Positions 39,891 to 50,358 of a DNA stretch of 64,000 nt are shown in pieces. The position numbers and the translations under genes are program-made. The stretch covers positions 768,001 to 832,000 of the forward strand of contig OZ255721.1 in assembly GCA_965277285.1 (NCBI GenBank), given 5' to 3'. The notes below the pieces were generated by a model, which worked only from the letters and a program-made list of their open reading frames with translations, was not told the DNA's origin and searched no databases. Each line of letters begins with the position of its first letter. Position 1 is the stretch's first letter. Origin of the DNA: Abditibacteriaceae bacterium (lineage in GTDB: Bacteria; Armatimonadota; Abditibacteriia; Abditibacteriales; Abditibacteriaceae).

Positions 39891-40300
39891 TCAAGTCGCT
39901 TCTGCTGCAAAGGGCGATCTGCGCAGGTAAAGTTTCATCCAAACGCCAGTTTCCCATTCGTTGCATAAAAACAATGAGAAACCTGGCGTTTGGACTTCTA
40001 TCTCGTTTTGATAACGCACACGAAAATTTGCGTGGCCTCCATATGGATTGTTCAGAAAACGAAATCCAATGTTAGCCAGAGCCGGACGAAAAGCAAGCGC
40101 AAAACAATCTTCTTTTCACCCGTCAAATGAGAAGTCAAAACCCAATCCGCATTGTCGCTTTTGCTGTCGTTTTGGCGCCGTTTGTAATCGGTTTCGATAA
40201 CGCCCGCGTCTTCTTTCAGCAAAATGTCAAGCAGGAAATCAGCATACTCGCTAATGTCTTGCGGCTCGGTCGTGAGCTTACGGATTTCGATTATCGCCAT
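39891..40300 (-). pseudogene. Frameshifted hypothetical gene
   Basis: ORF from 40300 continues in another frame from about 40100 (FRPALANIGFRFLNNPYGG...) to TGA at 39891. Confidence 0.5.
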
Positions 40301-40329
40301 AAAATCTGCCTTTCGAGTACTCGAAAGCG

Positions 40330-41418
40330 TTATTGCGCGGGCATTAATTGCGCGACTTCGGCGTGGGTTTGCGGTGTGTCGGAATCGCTGGAATTCAGTT
40401 TTTGCAGGTTCCAGCGCAAGGTATTTGTCAGGCGGCTGCCGACTGTCATCAGGCGCATCGGCGTCATAATTTCGAGTTCGATGTAATGTTTGGGCGAATC
40501 GGGTTCGGCGCTATCGTACAGTTCGACGGGAAAACCGGCGTTTTCCGGCCCGTCGGGATAAGGGCCGCTGTCGAAGTGCGATTTCTCGACGAAAGCGACA
40601 TCGCCTTTGACTGCGACAAAAGCGACGATATGCGAATCAACGCCGACTTTATAGCCGCCGGGCGGCGTGTCTTTGGTCATTTGAATCGGCCTGATGCGCA
40701 GCAAGGTCGGCGTGACAGCTTGCACATCAGCGCCGGGTTTCGCCTGACCGTTGAGCCACATAAAGTTGTTTTTGTAAACGCTCTGCGGGTTGAGCGGAAA
40801 ATAAATCGCGTCCGGCTGCGTTTGCGAAATGTTCCAAATCGACAGCAACATTGGCGCGCCCGCTACTTTCTCCGCGGTTTGCGTGATTTGCAGTTCGCCC
40901 GCAGCGTCCATTGCATATTCGCGGATGATGCGCACGCCAGCGCGCTCTGCCACCGGACTGGTCGTACGCAAACGCGCGCCTGGCAAAACTTCGGCGCGAA
41001 ACGGTGAATTATCCCACGCTTTGTCGGGCGGCCACGAGGTGCCGCTGGTCGCCGGCCACCAAGTTTGTGGCGCGAACCAGTTTTTATCGCCGCCCCAGTT
41101 TTTCCAAACGCCCAAAGTCGGGTCTTGCGACGGATTGTTCCACAACACGTTTTGGCCGCCCACGAAACGATACGTCATCACGCGCGACAAGGCCGGAACC
41201 ACAACCGCTTCGGTGCGCCCATCGCTCAAGCGAAACGCTGCATAGCCGCGATATGTTGTGCGCGTCAACTGCGCGCGCGGATTGGGCTGAAAAGCCGTTT
41301 TTGAATCGGACGCTGATGCTGTCTGAGCTTTGGACGGCGCAACCGAGAAAGCAGTCGACAAAGCGAGCACGGTAACAAACACTTTGCGAGAATCGAGTAC
41401 TCGAATCAAAAGGATCAC
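40330..41418 (-). CDS. Exported DUF4380-like (galactose mutarotase-fold) protein
   Basis: Signal-like N-terminus, NWGGDKNWFAPQ, YIELEIMTP. Confidence 0.65.
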   Translation of the reverse strand: MILLIRVLDSRKVFVTVLALSTAFSVAPSKAQTASASDSKTAFQPNPRAQLTRTTYRGYAAFRLSDGRTEAVVVPALSRVMTYRFVGGQNVLWNNPSQDPTLGVWKNWGGDKNWFAPQTWWPATSGTSWPPDKAWDNSPFRAEVLPGARLRTTSPVAERAGVRIIREYAMDAAGELQITQTAEKVAGAPMLLSIWNISQTQPDAIYFPLNPQSVYKNNFMWLNGQAKPGADVQAVTPTLLRIRPIQMTKDTPPGGYKVGVDSHIVAFVAVKGDVAFVEKSHFDSGPYPDGPENAGFPVELYDSAEPDSPKHYIELEIMTPMRLMTVGSRLTNTLRWNLQKLNSSDSDTPQTHAEVAQLMPAQ

Positions 41419-41586
41419 ATCCTTGAACGTTTTACGTCGAACGTTTTGCGTTGAACGTTTTACGTTTTGCGTTACAGCGGGAATGGCTTCGATATTACCG
41501 CAAAACGCCGAAATTTCAAAACTGGCACGTTGTAACCGCGAATTAGCAATGGCGAAATTATGCGCGTTGCGGTAAACCTTGACGCC

Positions 41587-42762
41587 ATGAACCTCAACAA
41601 CAACCTAAATCACACTTCCGACATCAACACTGTTTTTAGGCAACGTTTCGGCGACGATGCGCAGGCTTTCACCGTGCGTGCGCCGGGTCGCGTCAACCTG
41701 ATTGGCGAGCACGTCGATTATAACGGCGGCCTGGTTTTGCCGATGGCGCTTTCGCTGCAAACGACGTTGCGCGTGCGTCCGCGCGAAGACAATATCGTCA
41801 AGCTTTATGCGACCGAATTCGATGACGAGCAAGAATTTGCGCTGGACAACGTGCAGAAACGCGGCTCGTGGATCGATTACGTTCAAGGAGTCGCCGATGA
41901 ATTGCAAAAACGCGGCATTCCATTGCGCGGTTTTGAAGGCGTTATCGAAAGCACGATTCCGATTGCGTCCGGCTTGAGTTCGTCCGCCGCGATTGAAGTC
42001 GGCAGTTGTCTGGCGTTTTTGCACATCATCGAGTACTCGATGTCGCCCAGCGATGTCGCGGTCTTGTGCCAGGGAGCCGAAAACAAATTTATCGGCGTCA
42101 ATTCGGGAATTATGGATCAAATGGCGGTCGCGGCCTGCGAGAAAGACCACGCGTTGCTGCTCGATTGCCGCGATTTAGCGATGCGTCAAGTGCCATTCAA
42201 GCTAAACGAGTACTCGATTGTGGTGACTGATAGCGGCGCGCCGCGCGAACTGGCGTCTTCGGCTTATAACGAACGCCGTGCGCAATGCGAAGAAGGCCTG
42301 GCGATTTTGCAGAAGTTTTTGCCCAACGCGAAATCGCTGCGCGATGTTTCACCGGAAGACTTGGACAAATATGAAAACGAATTGTCGCCGGTTGTAAGAG
42401 ATCGCGTGCGCCACATCGTCGAAGAAATCGCGCGCACGCAAGAAGCGGTTTTCGTTCTCGAAGCGGGCGAACTGACGCGTTTCGGGCAACTGATGAACGA
42501 ATCGCATTTTTCCCTGCGCGATTTGTATCAGGTTTCCAGCCGCGAATTAGATTGGCTGACCGATTGGGCGCGTTCGCAAGATGGCGTTTTAGGTTCTCGC
42601 ATGACGGGCGCCGGCTTCGGCGGCTGCACGGTTTCACTGGTGAGCAAAGCCAACGTCGCCGATTTTATGCAGCGCCAACCCATCGAGTACTCGAATGCGA
42701 CTGGACGAACCGCGCGTTGCTGGGAATGCGAAGCGGCTCAAGGCGCGCAGATCGTTGCGTGA
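41587..42762 (+). CDS. galK: Galactokinase
   Basis: APGRVNLIGEHVDYN, PIASGLSSSAA, GIMDQ, RMTGAGFGGC. Confidence 0.97.
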   Translation: MNLNNNLNHTSDINTVFRQRFGDDAQAFTVRAPGRVNLIGEHVDYNGGLVLPMALSLQTTLRVRPREDNIVKLYATEFDDEQEFALDNVQKRGSWIDYVQGVADELQKRGIPLRGFEGVIESTIPIASGLSSSAAIEVGSCLAFLHIIEYSMSPSDVAVLCQGAENKFIGVNSGIMDQMAVAACEKDHALLLDCRDLAMRQVPFKLNEYSIVVTDSGAPRELASSAYNERRAQCEEGLAILQKFLPNAKSLRDVSPEDLDKYENELSPVVRDRVRHIVEEIARTQEAVFVLEAGELTRFGQLMNESHFSLRDLYQVSSRELDWLTDWARSQDGVLGSRMTGAGFGGCTVSLVSKANVADFMQRQPIEYSNATGRTARCWECEAAQGAQIVA

Positions 42763-42896
42763 AACGTGAAGATTCGCGTTCAGAGCGCGTTTTGCGACTT
42801 GTTTTACAACCTCTCAAAATCAGAGCTGCTACGAATCACACTTTGAAGAAGGGCCAAGTGTTCCGCATTTGGTAGTGATTCAGTGCGTGAGTTCCT

Positions 42897-42999
42897 TAAC
42901 GAACCCGGGTGCCCTCTGGCGGACGTCAACGACGGGTCTTCGAGAACGTTTCAGAAGACCCGTCGCTGACGTCCGCCTAAAGGGCACACGGGTTCGTTA
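42897..42999. repeat. AACGAACCCG-type inverted repeat
   Basis: TAACGAACCCGG..GCGGACGTCA.CGACGGGTCTT and its complement. Confidence 0.75.
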
Positions 43000-43087
43000 G
43001 GTATCAGTCAGTACGATTTATTCGCAAACCCACCAATTAAGCCATAACTCCACTTTGTTGAGGCCTTTAGTTGGGCTAATGCGATAA

Positions 43088-44710
43088 TTATTTTGGTATC
43101 GGCTGCGGGGTCATTTCGGTTGCAAGTATTGACTGCGTTGTCGATGCAGTGCGTGCGTTCATGCTGCGCTCGAACACCGCCATGGTTGTGCACCACAACG
43201 CGCCTATCACAAAATAATAATAGTTGACGAACGCTTGCTTGTTGAAGGCGAAGAACACCAGAAAGACCAGCGACATCGCCGCCAGAAAACCGGCTTCATT
43301 GCGCGGCATGCGGCGTAACGTCCAAATCAGCGTCAATAATGTCAGGCCAAAAGGCAGCCACCAGGGTAAAAGTTCTCGACTCAGGTTGAACCATATCGCC
43401 ATGAACGACAGCGAATCGCGGCGAAAAGGCTGATGAAATTGCAACTGCATCGTGCTGTAGAAAAACGCGTGGAAATTCCACAGCGCCAGCGGCAAAGTCA
43501 CCAACGCCGAAACCGTCAGCGTCTTGCCCAGAAAACGCCAGAACGTCGCCCACGAATCTTCGGAATTGGGCTTCATCGGGGATCGAGTACTCGATTGCCC
43601 ATTTAGATTCGTGGGCAAAGTGGTCAGCGGCGCCAGCAGCCACAACAAGGGCAAGGCTAAAAGCGCATATTGTTTTGAAACCAGGAATAAGCCGCACGCA
43701 AGTGGCAGCCAGGACGGGCGACGGCGTGTGCAAAAGAAAACAAAACACAACGTCAGCACGCAAAACGGATCCGTCCAACTGAGAAACGACACGAAGAACA
43801 CGACGGGCGACCACAAGAACAAAGCGCCCAATAACGCTTTTTCAGCGCGCGGACGAAGACCGGCGATGAAGAGCGCGGAAAGGGCTATAGCCACCACCTG
43901 CGAAAACCGGACATCGCCCAGGAGAAAACCTGGCAGCGTCAATATCAGCGTCAATGGCATATAAACGTAGCCGAACTGCAGACGCCCGTGCTGCGACATC
44001 CCAGCGCCGTAATAAGGCGAGTTATCCGGGTACAAATTCCGGAAAGTCATCGCGTATGGATTGTGTCCGTGCAGCAAAGCGGCGCACGCATCGTGTTGAA
44101 AAACAAAAACATCGAGCGGTGACGAACGTTGCGCGATCAACCAGGTTGCAACACCGACAAAAGTGATCAGTTGCAGCCACCAGCCCCAATGCGAACGCAT
44201 ACTCCAAATAATACCGACGAAAGCGAGCGTCCCAAAGATTGGCGCCGGTGCCACCGAAACTTTTAACTGCAAGCACACGCTCAGGATCGAAATGCTCGCA
44301 TTTATGACTTGCCATATCAAAAACAACAACCATAATCCCAGCAAGACCGGATGCAAAATCGAGAAACGTTTCAGGCTGGGCACGATTCGCAGCAACTTTT
44401 CCAAACCACGACTTTCTCCCGTTTGAAGCGGAACAACCGCGTTCTTCTGGACAACCAGCAGCGATAAAACACCCGCGATCAGGCTCAGCGTGAGCAGAGT
44501 GAACGTAATAAAATCGAACTTCTGCTCGAAGCCGTCCACACCAAAACAATTGGCCTGGCCCAAAGCAACGGCTGAAACAGTCAGCAACAACAAAGCCTTG
44601 CCTTGTGCAACCACAGGCCAAGTTTTCGTGTTTCCTGTCAGTTGTGGCGCCTCCGAAGAACTTGGAGACGCCGTTTCTTGAGGATTCTCGACGCCCGAAA
44701 AAGTATTCAT
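43088..44710 (-). CDS. Polytopic membrane protein, GT87/GT-C-like
   Basis: DVFVFQ..ALLHGHNPY, Y.YMP, GDVR, SKQY, NKQAFVNYY. Confidence 0.7.
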   Translation of the reverse strand: MNTFSGVENPQETASPSSSEAPQLTGNTKTWPVVAQGKALLLLTVSAVALGQANCFGVDGFEQKFDFITFTLLTLSLIAGVLSLLVVQKNAVVPLQTGESRGLEKLLRIVPSLKRFSILHPVLLGLWLLFLIWQVINASISILSVCLQLKVSVAPAPIFGTLAFVGIIWSMRSHWGWWLQLITFVGVATWLIAQRSSPLDVFVFQHDACAALLHGHNPYAMTFRNLYPDNSPYYGAGMSQHGRLQFGYVYMPLTLILTLPGFLLGDVRFSQVVAIALSALFIAGLRPRAEKALLGALFLWSPVVFFVSFLSWTDPFCVLTLCFVFFCTRRRPSWLPLACGLFLVSKQYALLALPLLWLLAPLTTLPTNLNGQSSTRSPMKPNSEDSWATFWRFLGKTLTVSALVTLPLALWNFHAFFYSTMQLQFHQPFRRDSLSFMAIWFNLSRELLPWWLPFGLTLLTLIWTLRRMPRNEAGFLAAMSLVFLVFFAFNKQAFVNYYYFVIGALWCTTMAVFERSMNARTASTTQSILATEMTPQPIPK

Positions 44711-44840
44711 ATTTCAACAACTGCGTCGCAGTTGACAGGAAATTTTGGTGAAGCAGCAAGCTTTGAGGAAGAGTTCTGAGCAGTTGTCGGCGTGCAAACC
44801 GCCGCGTTTTAGCGCATGAAAATTAACAACGGGACAGCGT

Positions 44841-45536
44841 TTAGGCAGCATTATTCGCGGGAACACGTTGAGCCACCAACACCCATTGATGCGCGAAAAA
44901 GCGCGGCGAAAACGCTAGCGCGATATGCTGCAAGCGCATCAACAAGCGCCCAACCGCCACATGACCATGCCACACTTCATCGATTGGAACGCCCGTCGGA
45001 TAAGCGTTCAGCACCTTCAAGCCGGCGTTTTCCAGTAGGTCGCGCGCTGTTTTCAAAGTCCAGAAATGCAAATGCGTCTTGTCCAATACGCCGCGCTCCA
45101 TCTGCGGGAAAAAGCCGAAGAGCAGCATCAAGCGCACGGCGCCATGCGCGACATTGGGCAAAGACACGATGAAAATAGCGTCGTCTGTCGCGGTTTTTTT
45201 AAGCGATTCGAGTACTCTATCCGGATGTTGAACGTGTTCCAGGACATCAGCGCAGACCACAACGCGATACGTCCCCAATTGCAAAGGCGCGTCTTCCACA
45301 GTTGTCGCGTAAACGTTGCGATAGAAAGGACGCGCTTTTTCGGCCCATTCCGCATTTGGCTCGATGGCATCAATTGTCAAGCCGCGACTTTGCGCGCCAC
45401 GACTTTGCAGCAACTGGCCTAAAAAACCTTGAGCGGCGCCGACATCGAGAATGGGAGTGCGTTTCCAGCGTTGCACCAAACTCGCAATGCGTTGATGACT
45501 ACTTTGAGGGTCGTGATGCAGGCGATAATGAAGCAT
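44841..45536 (-). CDS. Class I SAM-dependent methyltransferase
   Basis: ILDVGAAQG, ADVLEH, VSLPNVAH, LDKTHLHF. Confidence 0.9.
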   Translation of the reverse strand: MLHYRLHHDPQSSHQRIASLVQRWKRTPILDVGAAQGFLGQLLQSRGAQSRGLTIDAIEPNAEWAEKARPFYRNVYATTVEDAPLQLGTYRVVVCADVLEHVQHPDRVLESLKKTATDDAIFIVSLPNVAHGAVRLMLLFGFFPQMERGVLDKTHLHFWTLKTARDLLENAGLKVLNAYPTGVPIDEVWHGHVAVGRLLMRLQHIALAFSPRFFAHQWVLVAQRVPANNAA

Positions 45537-46272
45537 AGCGGTGGCGGTAATGGCGGCGATCTTTGAGAGCGTATTTGGCGGTTTCGAGGACGCAGTTCTT
45601 GGCGTAAACCAAGCCGTTGACGTGGCAGATTTCGTCGCCGTAATAAGTTGGGATCGCCACTTCATCAACGCGATAACCGCGCTTCAAAAACTCGATGATG
45701 ATTTGCGTGTCGAAATGCCAATCCCACGTCATGTGACCCAGAGGAATCGTCTTCAAGGCGCCAATGGAATAAGCGCGATAACCGGAATGAAATTCAGTGA
45801 AGCGCGAACCGACCAGCGTGTTCTCGATCCAGGTCAGGATTTTGTTGCCGACATATTTATACATCGGCATATTACCACGCAGCGCCGCGCCGGGCACCAT
45901 CATGCGCGAACCCATTACCATGTCGCAATCGCCGTTTTCCAGCGGCGTCAGCAAATCCTGCATCACTTCGGGCGCATATTGCCCATCGCCATGCAGCAAA
46001 ACCACGATGTCGAAACCGCGTTCAACCGCATATTTATAGCCGCGCTGCTGATTGCCGCCATACATCAAATTGGTATCGTTGCGGAAAAATTTGACCTTTC
46101 CGTCGAACTCGCTTTCCAAAGTGCGCCCGACTTCGTGCGTGCTATCGTGGCTGGCATCGTCAAACACAAAAATCTCTTCGACCTTGTCCATGATGTTCGC
46201 CGGAATGCGCTCGATCACTCCGCGCAACGACGATTCCGCATTATAAGCCACTACCAAAATTCCAATTCGCAT
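45499..46272 (-). CDS. Glycosyltransferase family 2 (DPM1-like)
   Basis: VAYN, DDASHD, HGDGQY, GSR, FHSGYRAY. Confidence 0.93.
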   Translation of the reverse strand: MRIGILVVAYNAESSLRGVIERIPANIMDKVEEIFVFDDASHDSTHEVGRTLESEFDGKVKFFRNDTNLMYGGNQQRGYKYAVERGFDIVVLLHGDGQYAPEVMQDLLTPLENGDCDMVMGSRMMVPGAALRGNMPMYKYVGNKILTWIENTLVGSRFTEFHSGYRAYSIGALKTIPLGHMTWDWHFDTQIIIEFLKRGYRVDEVAIPTYYGDEICHVNGLVYAKNCVLETAKYALKDRRHYRHRYASLSPASRPSK

Positions 46273-46526
46273 CAGTTCTCCGTGACCTTGTAGTTTATTC
46301 AAATCGAAGGGACGAATACTCTTTTTATTGCGGCTTCGTCCTTAAATCGTACCTTGTGGTTTCCATCACGTCCAGGTTTTAGCCGTTCCTGGCGCCTGAA
46401 CGTTTTCTATTTGTCTTCTTTCACCGTTTTTGCCATTGGACAATTCCAATCGCATTCTGGCCAAAAAATCTCGGTGAAGTCGGGAGCGACTTCGGTCGAA
46501 GTGTGGATTTTGAGCCGCAGACTTTT

Positions 46527-49082
46527 TCAGCAGCGATTGCGCGTTCGACGCGATGCGGCGGCAAAGGACGCGACGAAGGCCAGGCCGCACAGCGAAACGA
46601 AAAGGGCGAAGCGATAAGTTTGCGAATCATAAATCAAAGCGACGCGCGCTTTTCCCGCCGGAACCTGAACGCCGCGAAACAAGTAATTGGCGCTGTAAAC
46701 TGGGGTTTCACGCCCGTTCACCCAGGCGCGCCAACCCGGTGCCAGCGCTTCAGATTGCACCAGAACACTGGGCGTCTGCGCTTGTGTTTCCACCATGACG
46801 AGGTTGCCGCTGCGCTGCCAATCGAGTACTCGATCGCGGTTCGTCAACGGCGACGGCGCGACCGAAAGGACGGCGTCAGGCGCGACGATGCACGGTTGTT
46901 GCTGGGCTTGAAAATCGTGCGCGGCGAGATTGGTCAAACGGTCGAGTTGATTATTTTCGGGAATAGGCAGGACATGGCGCGACAAATAAAAGCGAGGCCA
47001 GGCGCGTGGATAATGCCACAATTTCCAATTGTTTTGTTGCGCCACAAGATCGGCGTCCGGCGCCAAGATCGGTGGTTGCTCGCTCGAGAGAAAATGCGTT
47101 ACGGCGGCGGCGCGCAACAAGGGCGAAGCTGTTCCCGCGACTTGCAGCCAAGCGTCCCAGCGCGGAACCGGCTTCAAGCGACTTAAGAACAAGAAATAAC
47201 GCTTGCTCATCAAGGCATCGTAGCCATCAAAATTGTCGATACGCGTCACCAGATTCACATTCGACGCAGCGACAATCACGCTGGTGTGCCAACGTTCGCC
47301 CGCCACATAACGTTTTTCCAGACCGGCGCCCCAGCGCGTTTGAAGAGCAAATTGCGGCGCCGAAACAGTTTCTGCACTTTGCCAGAACAACAAGAGGACA
47401 TCGAGCGCCGCCACGCCCAGCAAGCCGATTCGCAACGTTTGGAGACGGCGCACGGTCGTTGCATTGTGTTCCGTCGTATCGCGTGCTTTCGTAGGGCCAA
47501 AGTGCAGCAGGAGCCAGCACGCGATGCCCATCACGAGCAACGCAAGAACGCACGCGATCAGCGCGGTCGCACGATAATTGTCGATAACCGACGGCCACAA
47601 GAGTTCTTGAGGCGGCAGAGCTTCAGACGGTAAGGCCGCTTGCAATTGCATTTTCCACCACGAAGCGGGCAGCAATGCGGTTAGCATCGTCGCCACCACC
47701 AGAAATGCAAAAACCGCGTTCAACCAGGAATGCAGCAGTTTAAAAATGCGGCTCTGATGCGGATCAGGTTGGCGCACAAAGACAGTTTCAAAAACGAGCG
47801 CAGCCAAAAACGGCACAGCCAGGCTCCATCCTTCGATCCAGCGCGCCGGCAATCGCAATTGGCGGAACAAAACGCAATGATCGAAAAGCCATTGGTAAAG
47901 CGGCGTTCCATCACCCAGGCAAAGCACAAAACACAACGGCAGCAAAGTCCACAGCCAGCGTGCGACTGGACGGCGCACAACCCAGGGCGCCACCAGTGCG
48001 AGCGACAAAGCCAGCACGCCGTTGAAGCCGTTTTCCTCGTGCGCGCCGCGTGCTGCGCTCCATCCGGTGTAATCGCTGCCGAAAAAACGTGGCATCACCA
48101 ATCGCCAGAACATGGGCCAGCGACCGGACAAAAAAGTGACCATCTCAAACGGCATTCCCGTTCCGTGAACCGATAAACGCGAGGTTTCCAGCATCGGCAA
48201 AAGATAAACCGCGCTCAAGGTCGCGCAGAGAAACATCGCGCCGCAGGTTTTGCTCCAAAAACGATCCGGCCAGCCGCAACGCACCGGCAGGGAACGGTTT
48301 CGAGTACTCGAATGGCGGCTGGCATGAAATAGCGAAACCGAGCGCGCCAGAAAAAGTCCGCTGCAAAGTCCAAGGCCGCCAATCGCCATCGGCGGATAGC
48401 CCGACGCCAATTGCAAAACGAAAAGCAAGGCCAACAAAATTGCGTGACGCGCTTTGCCTCCGCGCAAAAACAGCAACGTCGCCCACAGTTCCCAGGGCAA
48501 AAAAGCGCGCGCGGCGTGCCATGTCGTGTGCCCCGCGTAAGAATGCGAGGCGACGCCGCCGCCAAGTCCCAGCGCAATGGCGGCCAGCAACGCCGAATGG
48601 CGACTGAGAAAAGCATTGTCCAAGCGCAAGGAACGCGCAAAGCAGTAAGCGCCCGCCATCAAAAACGTGTCGTGCGCCATCAGGTCGAGAAGCGCCGCGA
48701 AACGATACGGCAAAATCCAGTACACGACGTTCGGCGGATACAAAACACTTGTCTGCAAATTGCTCAAAAACGGCATGCCGCACTGCGAATATGGGTTCCA
48801 CAAAGGCAAAATTCCGGTTTGCAACGAATGGCGAGCGAAAGTGCGCCAGGGCCAGAACAACGACACGCCATCGCCGCGAAACGGCACTCCGCCGCGCAAT
48901 ACCGCGACAATCGCCGGAAGGTACGCCAGCACGCATAGAAAAAGCAAAAATACGTAGCACGCGCAGTCGTTGCCAAGCGCGCGTCGCCACGAAAAAAAAT
49001 CGCGTCGCATCCGTTGAGGCGGAGCATCAGACACAGCTTCCGGCGCAGCAGGCAACGTTTGAGGCGAAGAAGTTTGTTTCAA
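46527..49082 (-). CDS. YfhO-family membrane protein; start uncertain (open frame extends into the IS end)
   Basis: PLWNPY..CGMPF, LYPPN, R.PARW, PGWRAWVNG, ANYLFRGV. Confidence 0.85.
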   Translation of the reverse strand: MKQTSSPQTLPAAPEAVSDAPPQRMRRDFFSWRRALGNDCACYVFLLFLCVLAYLPAIVAVLRGGVPFRGDGVSLFWPWRTFARHSLQTGILPLWNPYSQCGMPFLSNLQTSVLYPPNVVYWILPYRFAALLDLMAHDTFLMAGAYCFARSLRLDNAFLSRHSALLAAIALGLGGGVASHSYAGHTTWHAARAFLPWELWATLLFLRGGKARHAILLALLFVLQLASGYPPMAIGGLGLCSGLFLARSVSLFHASRHSSTRNRSLPVRCGWPDRFWSKTCGAMFLCATLSAVYLLPMLETSRLSVHGTGMPFEMVTFLSGRWPMFWRLVMPRFFGSDYTGWSAARGAHEENGFNGVLALSLALVAPWVVRRPVARWLWTLLPLCFVLCLGDGTPLYQWLFDHCVLFRQLRLPARWIEGWSLAVPFLAALVFETVFVRQPDPHQSRIFKLLHSWLNAVFAFLVVATMLTALLPASWWKMQLQAALPSEALPPQELLWPSVIDNYRATALIACVLALLVMGIACWLLLHFGPTKARDTTEHNATTVRRLQTLRIGLLGVAALDVLLLFWQSAETVSAPQFALQTRWGAGLEKRYVAGERWHTSVIVAASNVNLVTRIDNFDGYDALMSKRYFLFLSRLKPVPRWDAWLQVAGTASPLLRAAAVTHFLSSEQPPILAPDADLVAQQNNWKLWHYPRAWPRFYLSRHVLPIPENNQLDRLTNLAAHDFQAQQQPCIVAPDAVLSVAPSPLTNRDRVLDWQRSGNLVMVETQAQTPSVLVQSEALAPGWRAWVNGRETPVYSANYLFRGVQVPAGKARVALIYDSQTYRFALFVSLCGLAFVASFAAASRRTRNRC

Positions 49083-49201
49083 AGTTTGGTTTAAAGCCGA
49101 CCAAAATCCTGTTAGAAATCGGAAGAAAGTCGTTTCCAGAAAAGCAGCAATTGGTAAGTCGCTCGAAAACGTGAAGTCGGTTCTGAGAGGGTGTATAGGA
49201 A

Positions 49202-49606
49202 TCACGCAAGCCTTCGGAGCATAAGCCGGATCATGGCGAGATAAATCCAGGTTTCACTTGATTTGACATTTTGCTCATAGTCTTTTGAAAGCCTTCGACA
49301 TCTTCCCAACCATGCAAAAGTTCTTTCGACAACCCAGCGACGCGGCAACGGCACGTAGCCTTTGTTTTCATATTGACGGTTCACCAGGGCATTGCGGCTT
49401 ATCACTCGGAGCGCAACGCCACAGTTTTCTCGCACCCAAGCCGCGAACTTGTGTCCCCAGTAGCCTGCATCCGCCCAAATCAACTGCAAACGTTGTGAAG
49501 GAAAGCGCCACAGGGCTTTGTCTTGCAAAAGTAATTTGGCTCCGTCACGCTCTTGAACGTTGGCAGCATGAACACACACTTGCAACAACAAGCCGTTGGT
49601 ATCCAC
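49202..49606 (-). CDS. IS5 transposase, C-terminal DDE ORF (joined by a -1 frameshift)
   Basis: [30 protein letters not shown]. Confidence 0.92.
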   Translation of the reverse strand: MDTNGLLLQVCVHAANVQERDGAKLLLQDKALWRFPSQRLQLIWADAGYWGHKFAAWVRENCGVALRVISRNALVNRQYENKGYVPLPRRWVVERTFAWLGRCRRLSKDYEQNVKSSETWIYLAMIRLMLRRLA

Positions 49607-49629
49607 TAGAATATGACGCTTGCGCCCTT

Positions 49630-50010
49630 TTATTTTCTTGGCTGCATCAAAGCCTTTTGGCCCCCTTTTTCTGTGGTTTTGACGCTCTGGCTGTCCAGAA
49701 TCGCTGCGCTGGGCGCCTCATCCCGTCCATCGGCCTGGCGCACTTGAGAACGCAACGAACTGTGGATACCTTCGAGAGTGCCGTTGTCACGCCGGCGCCG
49801 GAAGTGATACCAAACCACAGTGTAAGGCGGAAAATCGTGAGGCAAAGCACGCCACGAGCAGCCGTTGGTCAACTGATACAACAAAGCGTTGACGATCTCG
49901 CGTTGGGCGTAAAGCCTGCGCGTACCGCGCGCACGCTGTGGCTCGATCAAAGGGCGCAGCACTTGCCATTGTGCCTCGCTCAAATCACTGGGATAGCTCT
50001 GGCGTTTCAT
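49630..50010 (-). CDS. IS5 transposase, N-terminal ORF
   Basis: [30 protein letters not shown]. Confidence 0.92.
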   Translation of the reverse strand: MKRQSYPSDLSEAQWQVLRPLIEPQRARGTRRLYAQREIVNALLYQLTNGCSWRALPHDFPPYTVVWYHFRRRRDNGTLEGIHSSLRSQVRQADGRDEAPSAAILDSQSVKTTEKGGQKALMQPRK

Positions 50011-50093
50011 AAATGTAAGTCTAACCCTTTCCTATACACCCTCTTAGAATCAGTTTTGCAACGTTCGTGATGCGTGAAAAAGATGCGTAAAAA

Positions 50094-50186
50094 TGGCAGT
50101 TTGTCATTCTGAGCGTAGTCCGCCCAAAGGACACCGAATCTAACTGAACATAGATTCTTCGCTACGCTAAGAATGACAAACTGCCA
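50094..50186. repeat. GTCATTCTGAG-type REP/MITE hairpin
   Basis: TGGCAGTTTGTCATTCTGAGCGTAG ... CTACGCTAAGAATGACAAACTGCCA. Confidence 0.85.
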
Positions 50187-50358
50187 CCTCTCAACGTTGT
50201 TTTCTACTTTGTAAACAAATTCTTAAAACCTTGATGGCTTTCATTAACTTAGCTCATGTTATTAAGCTGCCGTCAAACTATTTTAGCTGTTGGACAAAGT
50301 GCCTTTACGTGTTTGCACATTCATCGGCGATTAATCGAGTACTCGATTTCGCCATGAC

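Larger units (their letters stand above)
49187..50043 (-). mobile_element. IS5-family insertion sequence (IS1031/IS427-like), about 857 bp
   Basis: Terminal IRs GAGGGTGTATAGGAA / TTCCTATACACCCTC; flanks TGA and TTA; two transposase ORFs. Confidence 0.93.
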
